Shown here piece after piece: positions 51,119 through 64,000 of a DNA stretch of 64,000 nucleotides. Location of the stretch: assembly GCF_009914755.1 (NCBI RefSeq), contig NC_060935.1; one strand, written 5' to 3'. Below the pieces are notes generated by a model. That model saw only the letters and a program-made list of their open reading frames with translations. It had not been told where the DNA came from and did no database searches. The position numbers were made by a program, and so were the translations under genes. This DNA is from the human T2T-CHM13v2.0 reference genome, Homo sapiens. How positions within the stretch are numbered: the stretch's first letter is position 1; each line of letters opens with the position of its first letter.

Positions 51119-51847
51119 CCTAGACGTTATGAAACTCTGGATCATGGTGTGGAGTGTAGAATTCATCTATCTAGCTTCACCAGACCCAAAAACCAAGCCA
51201 TCTATCACTTCACTCCTTTTCTTTGGTTCAAGAGCTCTTGGTGGCTCTCAGCCTATAGGACAGTCCAGGCTCCAAAGCTAGTGTTCCAATATGGTTTCAA
51301 TCCACCTTTGCAGCATTTTCTCTCAATGCTCGCATATAGTCTCTTCTCTGACTACAGTGTCTTCTTTTCTTTTCCCAGGTCCATCTTAGACATTGTGACC
51401 TCTGCACAAGGAAAAAGCTTTCCTTTTCCATTCCGGCTCACCATCCCCATCTTTCTCACCAGCTGATATTCCTCCTGTCCTTCAAGGCCCTGCTGTGTTC
51501 TCATTTCCTCTGGAAAGGGCCTTCTGTGACCACCCCTTCTATATCCTCTCTCCCAACAAGACTGCACACTTATTGAAGACAGAGCCAGTGTCCCATCTTC
51601 ATACCTGCCCCTTCAAACCACACATCCAGCAATGGTCAGTGAATAGTTTCTAGTGCCTTCTCACTGGAGGGGAAAAGCAAGAACCCCATTTCCTGATGAG
51701 GCTTGATTACATGCTTCCAGACCCAGCTCACCTGCTGTTGGAGGGTGAGTCAGGGAGGGCCTTGTCTGACCTGTTTCCCCAGCTAAGACTCTGGGATCAC
51801 GCCTGTCTCCATTGCTGAGGGGACAGTGGGGGATGTTGGCTGGCTGA

Positions 51848-52446
<599 letters not shown>

Positions 52447-52769
52447 TTAGATAAGGTGATCCATATCTTTAAGACTGTTGAAGCCTGCCTGGACTAGCAG
52501 AGGTGGACAGTTTTGTGTGGTCTGTCAGGGCCAAAGTTGGTCCGAGGCAGCAAAGTTACAGGAAACAGAGTTCTGCTCAAGCAGGACTGTCAAACCTGGA
52601 AGAGTAACAAGAAGGAAGGAATGAGCTGGCCCTTCCTCATTAGGAATGTCCAAGTGAAGGTTCCAACCACAATGGTTCCTGCAACACAGCCCTCAATTCT
52701 GTTTCTCTGCATGATTCTCTCACTCCATTTCTCAAAGCCATCTTTAAAACTGTGTCTTCCTCCTTAAGC

Positions 52770-53510
52770 CTCAGATTCTATCCCAGTGTAAATGCATCAA
52801 CCATGTTCCACTGCCACGGCCCCCATTCTGGTTCTGTCATCTCTGGCAACAGTCTCCAGCAGTCTAACCAGTGCTCCAGCCTGCCACCTAGAATCCCACC
52901 AATCTGCCTCTATGCTTCCAGAATGAGATTTCTAAAATACAAATCTGGATCAGTTACATACCTGCTCAAAGCCTCCAGTGGATTCTGGATGTCCTTAGTA
53001 AGTGGGTGAATCCTTACAGTGACCTTCAAGGTCCTTCATGGCCTGACCTGGCCAGCCTATCCTATCCCGTTTTCCCTTACACCTTACACACCAGCAATAC
53101 TGGAGACTCTAGATCCCATGCCCACCATGCTCACACTCCCCTCTGAGCCTACATGTGCTGTTTCTCCCTGCCTGGAAGACTATTTTCTTACCACTCCCCC
53201 CACCCCACCCACTCCACTCCACCTAGCTCTTTGCTATTTATCTATTAGGTCTTAAGTTCAGTGTCACTTCTTCTGGGAAGCATTCCTGGATTCCCGAAGT
53301 CTGGGTTATGTGTCCCTGCAGTATATTCCCTCAGCAACCTATCACTAACTTTTGGTGTGCAGTATTATATGTGCCCATATTATTACCTGTACTCCACACT
53401 TCCTCTCCCACTAGAGGGCAGGGACCATGTCTTTTTGTTCACTCTCATCTTCATTGCCTAGTTTCTGACACATAGTAACTACTCAAAATATATTTGTTGA
53501 ATAAAAGATT
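52770..53510 (+). mobile_element. L2 relic
   Basis: ttctaaaatacaaatctggatca...gagggcagggaccatgtc...actcaaaatatatttgttgaataaa. Confidence 0.7.
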
Positions 53511-53944
53511 GTTCTTTGCAGAGAGGCTGTATAAGTGACTCCTGCTTTGGGCCCTTTCCACCTCCGGGTCCCTGAGGCTGTAAGACACATCTTTTCCTAC
53601 CTTAAATGATATGTTACCATGTGTAACAGGAATTTCCCATGTTCACTTCCTGCTTCAGAGATTCACTCCAGGCTATGATGCAAGGGGCAGTAGGAGCTTC
53701 CTTGAGGATCCAGTATGAACAGTGTTTGGTTGAACAACATGATTACAGAAGAAAGACTCACTGGTGAAATGTTTGGTTTCCATAGCATGAAGCTCATTCT
53801 AGATACACATGGGAGGGTAATTAATTTCCTGCAAGGGGCTGGACAGACATCCTGCATCCCTGTATGTTATCTTACTTCTGTGATTCCTATAGAACCTGGT
53901 GTTACCTCATTTGGCAGAAACAACAGACAGATCATCAACAGCCA

Positions 53945-55318
53945 ACAAAATATCTACCCCTCACACTTTGTACATGAACTCAAAATAGATCACAGATCTA
54001 AATGTAAAATGTAAAACTATAAAATCTTTAGAGGAGAACATGGGTGAAAATGTTTGTGATCTCATGTTAAGAGAAGAGTTCTTAGACATGGCACTAAGAG
54101 AACAATCCAAAAAGTAAAAAAAAAAAAAAAAAAATGAATTCACTGAACTAAAAACATTTGCTCTGTGAGTCAGTTAAGAGAATGAAATGAAAAGTACCAA
54201 CTGAGAGAAAATATTTGCAAATTACATGTCTGACAAAGGACTTGTTTTCAGAAGAAATAATTCTGTAAACTCAACAAACAATCTAATTGGAAAACAAACA
54301 GAAGACTTGGACACTTCACTAGAAAAGTGGCTATAGTTCTTCTGTATATAGTGGCTGCCACTGTACACAGATGGCAAAATAAACACATGAAAGGTGCTCA
54401 ACATCACTAGTTTTTGTGGAAAACTAGTTATGATGCTACACACCTATTAAAATCACCAAAATAAAAAATACTAATAAAACAAATGCTGTCAAGAATGCAG
54501 AAACTGGATCTTGTAAAGGTTTTTGGTAGGCATGTAAAATGGTACAATCACTCTGGAAATCTGTCTGGCAATTTCTTTAAAAGTTAAACAATTAAGTACT
54601 ACTAGGTTGCAAAAGTAATTGCGGTTTTGCATTAAAAGTAATGGCAAAACCGCAATTATTTTTGCACCAGGCTAATATATGGCCCATCAATCAAAATCCT
54701 GAACATTTATGTTCACACAAAAACCTTTATACAAATGTTCATAGCTGCCTTATTTGTAATAACCAGAAACTGGAAACGACCCAGGCATCCTCCAATGGGT
54801 GAAGGTTAAACAAACTGTGGTACATCCATACCATAGAATGGTAGCCAGCAGTAAAAAGGGAATGAATTACTGATACAATGAAACAAGTTGGATGGATCCT
54901 AAGAATATTGTGCTGAGTGAAAAAAGCCAATCTCAAAAAATTAGATATTAAAAAGATTTATAAGATAGTCTCAAAATGACAAAAATATAGAGATGGAAAA
55001 GAGATAAGGGGTTGTCAGGGGTGTGGGAAAGGGAAGAGGGCTGTGACTGTAAAGGGGCAGCATCAGAGAGATCCTTTGTGGTGATGAACAGTTCTGTGTC
55101 TTGACTATGGTGGTGGCTCTACCAACCTATACATGTGCAGATACACAAAACACATGAGTGCATGCAGCAGCTGGTGAAACTGTATTGTGCCAATTGATCG
55201 GTGATGCATTACAGGTATGTAAGATGTCATCATTGCAGGTAGTAGGGTGATGGGTCCATGGGACTTCTCTATACTGTTTTTATAATTTCTTGTGAGCATA
55301 AAATTATTTTAAAATAAG
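53945..55318 (+). mobile_element. Old L1 (L1MC/MD-like) ORF2 end and 3' UTR
   Basis: aactataaaatctttagaggagaacatggg...aaactgtggtacatccataccatagaat; contains a MADE1. Confidence 0.8.
54602..54675. mobile_element. MADE1 (Hsmar1 mariner MITE)
   Basis: Inverted arms tgcaaaagtaattgcggttttgc and gcaaaaccgcaattatttttgca, with TA on both sides. Confidence 0.9.
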
Positions 55319-55828
55319 ACCTTTAAAAGGTAGTCTGGGATAGAGGCGGTGAAGGAAGCTCTTCTATATTTAACTTGTGCTAGGTGTCTTAAGTGTGTTC
55401 ATTTATTCAGTGCATTTATTGAGTGCCTTCTGTATACAGTGTTATGCCTAGGAATACAAAAGTAAACAAAAGGTTACCACCTTTTTGATATTTATAGTCT
55501 ATCTCAAAAAGGTTAAGTAGCTTGTCGAAAATCACACACTGGTAAGTGATGAAGTTGAATTCAAACCTGCACAAAGCCAATGCTACCTCTAGAATTCAAG
55601 TACCATGTGGCCCTATAGCCCTCCACCCCCTGTTCTCTTTGAGCCCCTGTTAACTCCATGTCCCCAGAATGTCCTAGAGCAATTAGTAATCCTTTTTCTA
55701 AGGCCAAGATTTTGACCGTGTCAGAGTTTTTGTTTCAGTTTTGTTTTTTTTCTGCCAGATTGTCCCAGCCTTTTTGTCACTGAAACAGAAGGTATCAGGG
55801 AAAGGCATTCGAACAAGAAGTGATTTTT

Positions 55829-55962
55829 GGCCAGGCACCGTGACATAAGCCTGTAGCCCCAGCTACTTGGGAGGCTGAAGCAGGAAGATCTCTTTTGCCT
55901 AAGAGTTTAAGTCCAGCCTGGGCAACATGGCAAGACCCCTTTTCTAAAAAACAACAACAAAA
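55829..55962 (+). mobile_element. FLAM Alu monomer
   Basis: A single left monomer with an A-rich tail and tgattttt on both flanks. Confidence 0.85.
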
Positions 55963-57688
55963 GCCTGATTTTTGTTTCCATTTGTTTCTTTACATAAGAC
56001 TTTGGACAGCTTTATTAAAATTTTAAAATTACTTATTATAGTTAAGAGTTGGTTTTCACAAATATTTCTATTGTTAAGTCAAGAATGAATACTTATTTTG
56101 AAGTTTCCATGAAAAGAAAGTTATATTTGTAAAACATAAAGACATTCTTGGCATCTTGCTGCAACCTCTGTGGAATGAGAGTAATTAGAGGTACTCAGAA
56201 GTGTTCCTTTTCGTTTTGTATCCTGGTTGTGGTCTGTCTGACTCATGGTCCCCACAGCTTGTGCTGTCAACTGGGAAGTGTCTATCTCTCCTCCCTGGAG
56301 AGTTAACCTGCTCCAGTCCCATACCCTCTTCCCGCAGTAATTAAGTGTGTTGCAATGTCTATGTGCAGATGTCACCTGACCCTCAGGATGGGGTGGAACC
56401 AGGGAGCCAAACTCATGATCACTATTAGGATGCGTAACAAAATAATCCAAACAGTGCCAGTCATCAAGGAAAGACAGACAGGGCGTCCCCAGAGCACCCT
56501 TAAAGCATCAGCACACCATTCCTTTAATCCTGAAGTTTGTCTGTTTTCCCTTCCCCAGATGGCAATGGCTTTGTGTTTTCTGATTATAAAAGTAATAGAC
56601 ACACTTATTTTCTTAAAGCATATAAAGATATAGAAAAGAGTGAAAATCAACCAGAATCTCACTATATCCTTCCAGATATATCACTATATCTTTCCCTTTT
56701 CCAGACGTATATCATATCTGTAAGTACAGAGGACAATATTTAGCAGGTTAAACAAAAAATTAGTTAAAATAAGAAATGATGATAATAATAAAATATATGT
56801 ATACTTTAATGTTTTATTTTAACGTTATGTCAGTGGTTTAATATACTCTAATATAGACAGTCTGCTGAAGGGAGTTCACCTTTGTATTTCTTACAAAGAT
56901 ATCATAATATTTTGTTTTCAAGTTCTTGTTTTGGCTTCTTTGAATAAGAAAGAGAACTTAAAAACATTTGTGAAGCAACTCTGAGAGGGGAACCTTGAAT
57001 TTTTATTATCTCACCCCCTTCCTTTTTAGCCACCTTACCTACTACCCACAAGACAATAGCTATTGAATTTAGTTCTTCAAAACATTCAACTTAGTTTTTT
57101 TATAGCTTTTTTTGGTCTTATCTCCTTTTTCAGTGTACATAATATTTAACTATGTAATTACAGTAGCAAGTAAATTGGCATGAGGAGAACTTCATAGAGA
57201 ACTATGCAACTGACACGTGGTAAGCACACGAGCTCCCTGCTGGGAGCAAAAGAGGGTAGGTGGGAAAGCTCACAGCCTTCCCTCCAGAGCCTTCCATGGG
57301 CCTAAGCATCAGGCTTTCCAGATGGAAGGGAGAAGGCTGACTCAACTGGGGAGTCAACTAAGTGGTTGGAGGTCAATTAGGAGGGTTCACACTCTATATA
57401 AATACATATACACTCAAAATAATTTATTTACAAAAGATGGGATTGCATGTTACATGTAATCCATTTTTGTTTATTATGTTATTGACATAACCATAACTAT
57501 AACTGACATAATCACTTTAAATGATTGCATATTGTGTGAATATGGCATCTTTACCTAGTCTCCAACTAAGATCTGTTAGACTTTTTTTTTGTTTTGTGCT
57601 TGTTTGCATTTTTATATACTTGTTGGATTATTTCCTCAGGATAAATTCCTAGTAGTGGAGTTGCTGCATTAAAAGTTGTTCATGTTAC

Positions 57689-57987
<299 letters not shown>

Positions 57988-59384
57988 TTAAATATGGTAT
58001 TAAGATTATTGTTGCACATTGCTACCAATTCCCCAAGAAAATGTGTCCCAATTTACATACCTCTAGTAATAAAACCCCCAAATTTTCCTATTGACCTCAT
58101 GGCTGTTCCCCTCCTTGCCCAGCTTCCTGGTGAGTAATAAGGACTCTCCAGTGGAAAAAGTTTGGAGGGTAAGATGAGCCCCCCGCCTCCCCATAGAGGT
58201 GCCAAATGGGATGAACAGTGCTACTTAAATGGTAAACCCTTTAGAGACAGAAAATACTGGGAGTGGGGTAGGAGTGGAGTGAGACTACCTCTTTCCTGGA
58301 ATCTCAGTGCAGCATGGTGTGGCAGAGAGGGCCAAGGATGAGATTCAAAGAGACCTGGTTGTGATGGATGGCTCTGTCATTTATATATAAATGAACTTCA
58401 GGCAAGTCATTTAATTTCTTGGAGCCTCAGTTTCTTCATCTATAAATAAAGTTATCCTCTCTTAGAGCATTTATCCCAGTTGGCCTCACATTACAGTGAT
58501 ACATGTTCTAGCCTGACCATCAGCATGGAATTGCTGTCTTAATGTGGGGAAGAAGCTGACCTTGGACTTGGTTCTTACAACTTGGGTCTTGTCTAGTTCC
58601 TCACAACAAGTCCTTGCTTGTTATTACAGTTTGGGTTTCTGCATTGTACTTGAAAATCACATTGCCCAAATTGTCCTATCAAATGGGTCTAGAAACACAG
58701 CTGGAGACTGGGGTAGAAGGTGAGGGAAATGGAGAGAATTGTGCCCTAGTATGAAGGTACTATGTTGACAAGATGGTGGTTAAAACTGTGATGGAAAAGC
58801 ATTGAAGCACGCCCTATGAAAGCATGACTGAGACACAAAGGTGTTAATCAAAGGGTAGAGCCTCTCAAAAGTGCATCTTCCTCCACACATGATAACTTCT
58901 TTGATCATGCAGTCTCAATTCACACTGCATTCTCTGAATGCCAGTTGGTTCCTTGCTGCATCAGTGATGTTCCCCTGTAAGCCCACAACGTCCAATCTTA
59001 TCTATCTTCTTTGGTCCCTATCCCTTAGAAACTTGTGCATCGGTGGAAGTCATCTTCCTGATCTCTCAAAAATCTGGAATTTGAGGGAGTGGTTCCTGCA
59101 CACTTTCTGCCTGGCCTTCCCCAGCTCCCTTCAGTATCCTTTTTCCAAATATGATAACACTAGAGCAGGCAACAAGTCTGAGACCTAGTGAGTGTCCAGT
59201 CAAGGGATGGGATGTCAGTCTCCCCTTTTTAGTAGTCATCAGATATTTCCATTGATTCTCTTGAGGTGAGGAGGATACTGTCCATTGCCTGCACAATATC
59301 TTTTCCATCTCCCTTTCTTCAATTTCCATAGATAGTGGCTAGAGACCCCATGTCATTCACGAAGTAGTTCCTTACCCCATCTCT

Positions 59385-59705
59385 AGAGGATGACTCTTGA
59401 TTGATTGAAACCAATCACAGTACCCTCATGCCCTTTGGCCATTCATTGGTCAAAGCACAGGCAAATGACCCAGTTCTGACCAATGAAACACAAGAAGTAT
59501 ATGTAGGGAACAGGGGAAGAAGGCCAAGTCTCCAAGACTTTCCCCCTCCCATGAAAACCAACACACGTATGGCATAACAAAAATAAAGAACCTGCGTCCC
59601 TGATGGCATAGTTGAGCATGCCCAGTGTGAGCCAACACAGCAATACCAGCTCAAAACACTTCAGGTCATACTTTTTGTAACTTGCAACCAAATGCATTCT
59701 CAATC
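59385..59705 (+). mobile_element. Old MaLR LTR (MLT1-type) relic
   Basis: cattggtcaaagcacaggcaaatgacccagttctgaccaatga...ttttgtaacttgcaacc. Confidence 0.5.
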
Positions 59706-60910
59706 AATACATGTGGTCTCCCTCCCTTCACTGCAGAAGGATGATCCAGTCAATAGCCTTGTTCACCTCCCCATGGGGAGATGAGCAAAGAGCCTAAACT
59801 CTCTTTTCAAACATTGCACTCTCCAAAAGCCAACCCCATCCTCGATCCCGGGCTTCCTCTTATCTTGTGTGTATTTGGGGTGGTGATGGCAGGATAAGAG
59901 ATGATGCTGGTTCTGCTTGCCTGGTCCCTCTCAATCAATCCTGCAGGAGTGGGGAACGGTTGGCTTCTTAGAAAATGGGACACCTGAAGGTTTTTATTCT
60001 CAACAAGGTTTTACTAGCTAATTCCAGATAAACCAGAATGGCTTCACTTTATATTTCACCTCCTACTCAAAAGGTCATACTTTTAACACGTTCACTATCA
60101 CTGGCCCTATGGAACATCCACCTCTCCAGGGTTCTCCCCATGAAGTTGGAATGTGGCTTTGCCCCAGCATGGTACCAGTCATACTCTTGCTCTTCCACCA
60201 ATGGCAGGGAAAGAACAAGTGATGAACACCTGCTCTGTACCCAGCATGGTCCTAGAAACATTATACATACCATTTTTACCTTGCACTTAAGAGCAAGAGC
60301 TATGACAACAGACAGACCTGAGTTCGAAGCCCTGATCTTTTTATGTGACCTTGGGAAAGTCATGTGACCTCTCTGAGCCCCTTTTCCTCATCTGTAAAAG
60401 GAGGATAATAATACCTGACCAATAGGATTGCTGAGGGGTTAAATAAGTTGTGTGTGCCTAGGACAATTCTGTTATGCATGTTGATTGTTATCATTATGAT
60501 CATTCCAACACAACCTGCCTGATCTTGAACTCAAGCCTGCAAACACTCCTTCCTTCCTAGACCAACTGCTAGACTTTCACACATGCTGCTGGGCTCCCTG
60601 CCTGGTCCCAGCCCCCTCTGTCCTGCCTAGGTGTGCCTCTGGTTTGACAATACCATCTCTTTCAACAAAAGCAATTTGTTTAAAATAACAACTCTTGTTA
60701 ACTTGGGCACTTATTAGATGTGAGGTACTATGCTCAACATTATACATGTATTATCCCTGCTAATCATCCTAGAGAGCAGGTATTAGCATTCTCATTTTCC
60801 AGGTTAAAAAAAAAATGGCTCAGTGAGATTTAGCAGCTTTCCCAAGGTCACACAGCTGGCATGTGAATGAGCTGGGATTTTAACTAGTCTGTGTGCAACA
60901 AAGCCTGTGT

Positions 60911-61213
60911 TTTTTTTTTTTTTTTTTTTTTTTTTTTTGAGACGGAGTTTCGCTCTGTCGCCCAGGCCGGACTGCGGACTGCAGTGGCGCAATCTCGGCT
61001 CACTGCAAGCTCCGCTTCCCGGGTTCACGCCAGCCTCCCGAGTAGCTGGGATTACAGGTGCCCGCCACCGCGCCCGGCTAATTTTTTGCATTTTTAGTAG
61101 AGACGGGGTTTCACCTTGTTAGCCAGGATGGTCTCGATCTCCTGACCTCATGATCCACCCGCCTCGGCCTCCCAAAGTGCTGGGATTACAGGCGTGAGCC
61201 ACCGCGCCCGGCC
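60911..61213 (-). mobile_element. AluYb8-type (human-specific) inserted in a MIR
   Basis: Diagnostic 7-bp duplication ggccggactgcggactgcag, long pure T tract, and TSD AAGCCTGTGTTTTTT at 60901 and 61214. Confidence 0.95.
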
Positions 61214-61921
61214 AAGCCTGTGTTTTTTAGTCATTGCCTACAACCCCGAGAGGCAGAAGGGGCAAACATTCTACTCCCTTCTCATTTCACAGAGATGGAA
61301 GCTGAGTCTCAGAACATGTCAAGATCACACAGCTGGTCTGTAGGAGGACCACGCCTGCAACCAGATCCCAGTAAAAGCAGCCAAGCCAGAGTCATTTCAG
61401 GCACCAAAAGGTTGAGGGAGTATCTTCTGACTTCAAAAGCAGGAAGGAAAAGAGGAGACACTTTGAAATCTGGGAGGGGAATTTATAGTATTCACTTAGA
61501 GTCTTTTTGGCAGAGTCCATAAAATATCTGTGGAGACAGGGATGGAGTTGTCCCTGTTCCTATCCTAAGTTGTCCCTGTTCCTGCACATGCATTTGAAAT
61601 GCATATGTAAAGTGTACTGAGGTTTACAGTTGGGAAATGCACTTCCTATCAGGGAAGACTTCCTAGAGGGATGCATTTTCAATAATCCTCAAAGGATCAA
61701 TACAAAATTGAACAGGCAGAGTTGGGGGTGCCTGGATACCTGGCAAGTGTATAGTCCTGACATCAGGCCGACACATACTAGATAGTTATTATGAGCAAGG
61801 CAAGACAGTAGTGCACCATTTACATGCTTAGTGATGTGATTTTTAAGCTGTCCTTAATGTTTAAGATTGTGTTTGCTTATGTTATTTTATTAGGTGAGTA
61901 AAGGGAAGAATTATCATCTAG

Positions 61922-62140
61922 CAGGGGTGTCCAAGGGAGAGAATACAGTTATGGGTTCTTAGTTTCTGTTTCTGGTTGAGTCAGTAAAGCCCCTTCCTCA
62001 GTCCTCTTTTCTGCTTATCACTAGACACGGAAAATAAAAACTATGGCTTCAGGCTGCTAAAAGCCTAAAACAAAACAAAACAACAACAACAACAACAATG
62101 ACGACAACAACAAAAAAATAAGGTGGGTTGGACAAGCTTG
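61922..62140 (+). mobile_element. hAT-Charlie MITE with MER30-type termini (MER107-like)
   Basis: Ends CAGGGGTGTCCAA and GGGTTGGACAAGCTTG, with an internal (CAA)n. Confidence 0.75.
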
Positions 62141-62703
62141 ATAGAGTTCAGACCTAGGCTCGCTCACCACCCTGAACCTGACCTTCACAATCTCCTTGCA
62201 ATAGAAGCCCTCTAATTTTCTAAGCAGAGGTTTCCAAGACAGTCTCCCCATGAATTCCTGTTGGGAATATAACTTCTTTATTTAGTCATCTGCTTTAGGA
62301 TTCATAAAGTGTTTTCCATCCATTATGTCATTTGATCCTTACACTGTCCTTAAGAGATAGATGTGCATGGACTATTCTTATTTACAAATGAGGAGACTAA
62401 GAGTTCAATATAGGGGTGTCAAATAGGGTTAAATTCACAATTACTTCCTGAAACATTATATTAAGTATTCTGGGGTCAAGTCCAGGGGTTTAGCAAAAGC
62501 TAGTACTGTGGCCAATTAGCAATGTCTTCCTCGGGCACAGAAAAGGAGGATAATGGCACACACTCTGGCAAGTTAAGGGACTCAGTTCTCTGATTCCCTG
62601 CCCAGGGTCTTTTTCTCGCTGCATGTTCCTCACAGAAGGCTTGTGGGAGGAGGCACAGGTATGTAGATCAAGCTGAGGAAATGGCACAGAGTAAATGCTC
62701 AGT

Positions 62704-63198
62704 GTGGTGGATTGAAAAATGGCCCTCCAAAATACCTCCATGTTTTTATCCTAGAATCTGAGCATTGCTTTATATGGCAAAAGAAAGGGGATAAGTCTTT
62801 GCGGATGTGGTTAAATTAAGATTCTTGAGGTGGGGAGATGATTCTGGATTATCCAAGTGGGCCCTAAACACAATCACATGTATACATAGAAGAAGGAGGC
62901 AGAGAGGGATTTCACACACAGAGAAGCTGATTTGATTTGAAGATGGAGCAGAGAGATTTGGAGATGCATCCATAAGCTAAGGAATACTGACAGCCACTAA
63001 CTAAAAGTAGGAAAAGACAAGGAACAGAGTTACCCCAGAACTTTTGGCGGGTGCACAACCCTGCTGACACCTTAATCTTGGCCCAGTGCTACTGATATCT
63101 GACTTCTAGATGCCAGAGCTGTGAGGGAATATATTTCTGTTGTTTTAAGTCACCAACTTTGTGGTTATTTGTTATAGCAGCCACGAGAAACTAATACA
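62704..63198 (+). mobile_element. MLT1C/D-like MaLR LTR
   Basis: gatgtggttaaattaagattcttgagg...ggattatccaagtgggccctaa...ttgttatagcagccacgagaaactaataca. Confidence 0.85.
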
Positions 63199-63274
63199 CT
63201 CAGTAAATATTAATTTTCCCTCCTTTCACAATCTTTCTGAGTTCCGTAAAACACACACTCATACACAAACATGT

Positions 63275-63675
63275 TGTATTAAGCCGTTCTTGCATTGCTA
63301 CAAAGAAATACCTAAGACTGGGTAATTTACAAAGAAAAGGGGTTTAATTGGCTTATAGTTCTGCAGGCTGTATAGGAAGCTGGCATCTGCCTGGCTTCTA
63401 GTGAGACCTCAGGAAGCTTACAGTCATGACATAGGGCAAGGGGGAGCAGGCATATTGCACAGCAAAAACAGGAGCAAGCAAGAGAGTGGGGCGGGGTGCA
63501 TACACTTATAAATAACCAGATCTTGCGAAAACTCACTCAACACCAAGAAGACAGCATTAAACCATGAAGAATCTGCCCCCATGACCCAAACACCTTCCAT
63601 CAGGCCCCATCTCCAGCACTGGGGATTACAATTCAACATGAGATTTGGGTGGGGACAAATATCTAAACTCTATCA
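63275..63675 (-). mobile_element. MSTA-like MaLR solo LTR
   Basis: TGTATTAAGCCGTTCTTGCATTGCT...AAACTCTATCA with a 5-bp TSD CATGT/CACGT. Confidence 0.9.
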
Positions 63676-64000
63676 CACGTTATATAACAAATAATATGTA
63701 TTTCCATATATATTCCATTAATAATAGGAAAAACCTCTATGATGAGTTGAAATGTTTTAAGTAGAAACAAATGCTTACTAAGAATGTGCTTAGATGCTTG
63801 CTACATGAAGCTGTTTACTCTATGTGGGTACTAATTAAGAATCAATCTGTCTGCTCCATTTCCTACAAGTACAGTTATTTGTCCGATGCTTTCTTCAGTC
63901 CATTTTCAAGCCCACAGATAGAATAGCAGCATCATGAACAAATGTGAGCCTTTCATTCTAAGAGAAAGGCTTTGCCTCCACAACCTGGAGGAGGTTTTTT

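Noticed and set aside
56659-56720. Short imperfect tandem repeat (tcactatatc...ttccaga)
   Set aside because: Ordinary slippage duplication in AT-rich DNA.
61546-61605. 16-bp direct repeat and ATGCATTTGAAATGCAT palindrome
   Set aside because: A small local duplication with nothing to support a function.

Overview
This is human genomic DNA. The evidence is an AluYb8-type insertion and a protein I recognise as MRGPRX2, which places the window at 11p15.1 (from memory). The only protein-coding gene is MRGPRX2, the mast-cell Mas-related GPCR, on the minus strand. Its CDS is a single exon at 17543-18535, with a splice acceptor at 18561-18562, a probable non-coding exon 1 whose donor is at 22748, and a poly(A) signal near 16602. 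Bases 1-16560 are a nested pile of L1s and Alus: an old, near full-length L1MA interrupted by a full-length L1PA and several truncated elements, many with readable target-site duplications (TSDs). Bases 23900-32900 are minus-strand L1 relics. The remainder is intergenic, with MIR, L2, MaLR and ERV LTRs, Alus and DNA-transposon MITEs. The other listed ORFs are L1 relics, repeat-derived or chance. I found no new protein-coding system. The best leads are regulatory or mutational: a GATA/ETS/RUNX/MITF cluster at the MRGPRX2 promoter, a CTCF site with its upstream module, an exact NFAT:AP-1 composite, a MER41B LTR with both STAT (GAS) sites intact, a perfect 32-bp hairpin built inside an old Alu, a templated insertion, and a repeatedly reused L1 target site. 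Repeat subfamily names come from remembered consensus sequences and need RepeatMasker/Dfam confirmation.
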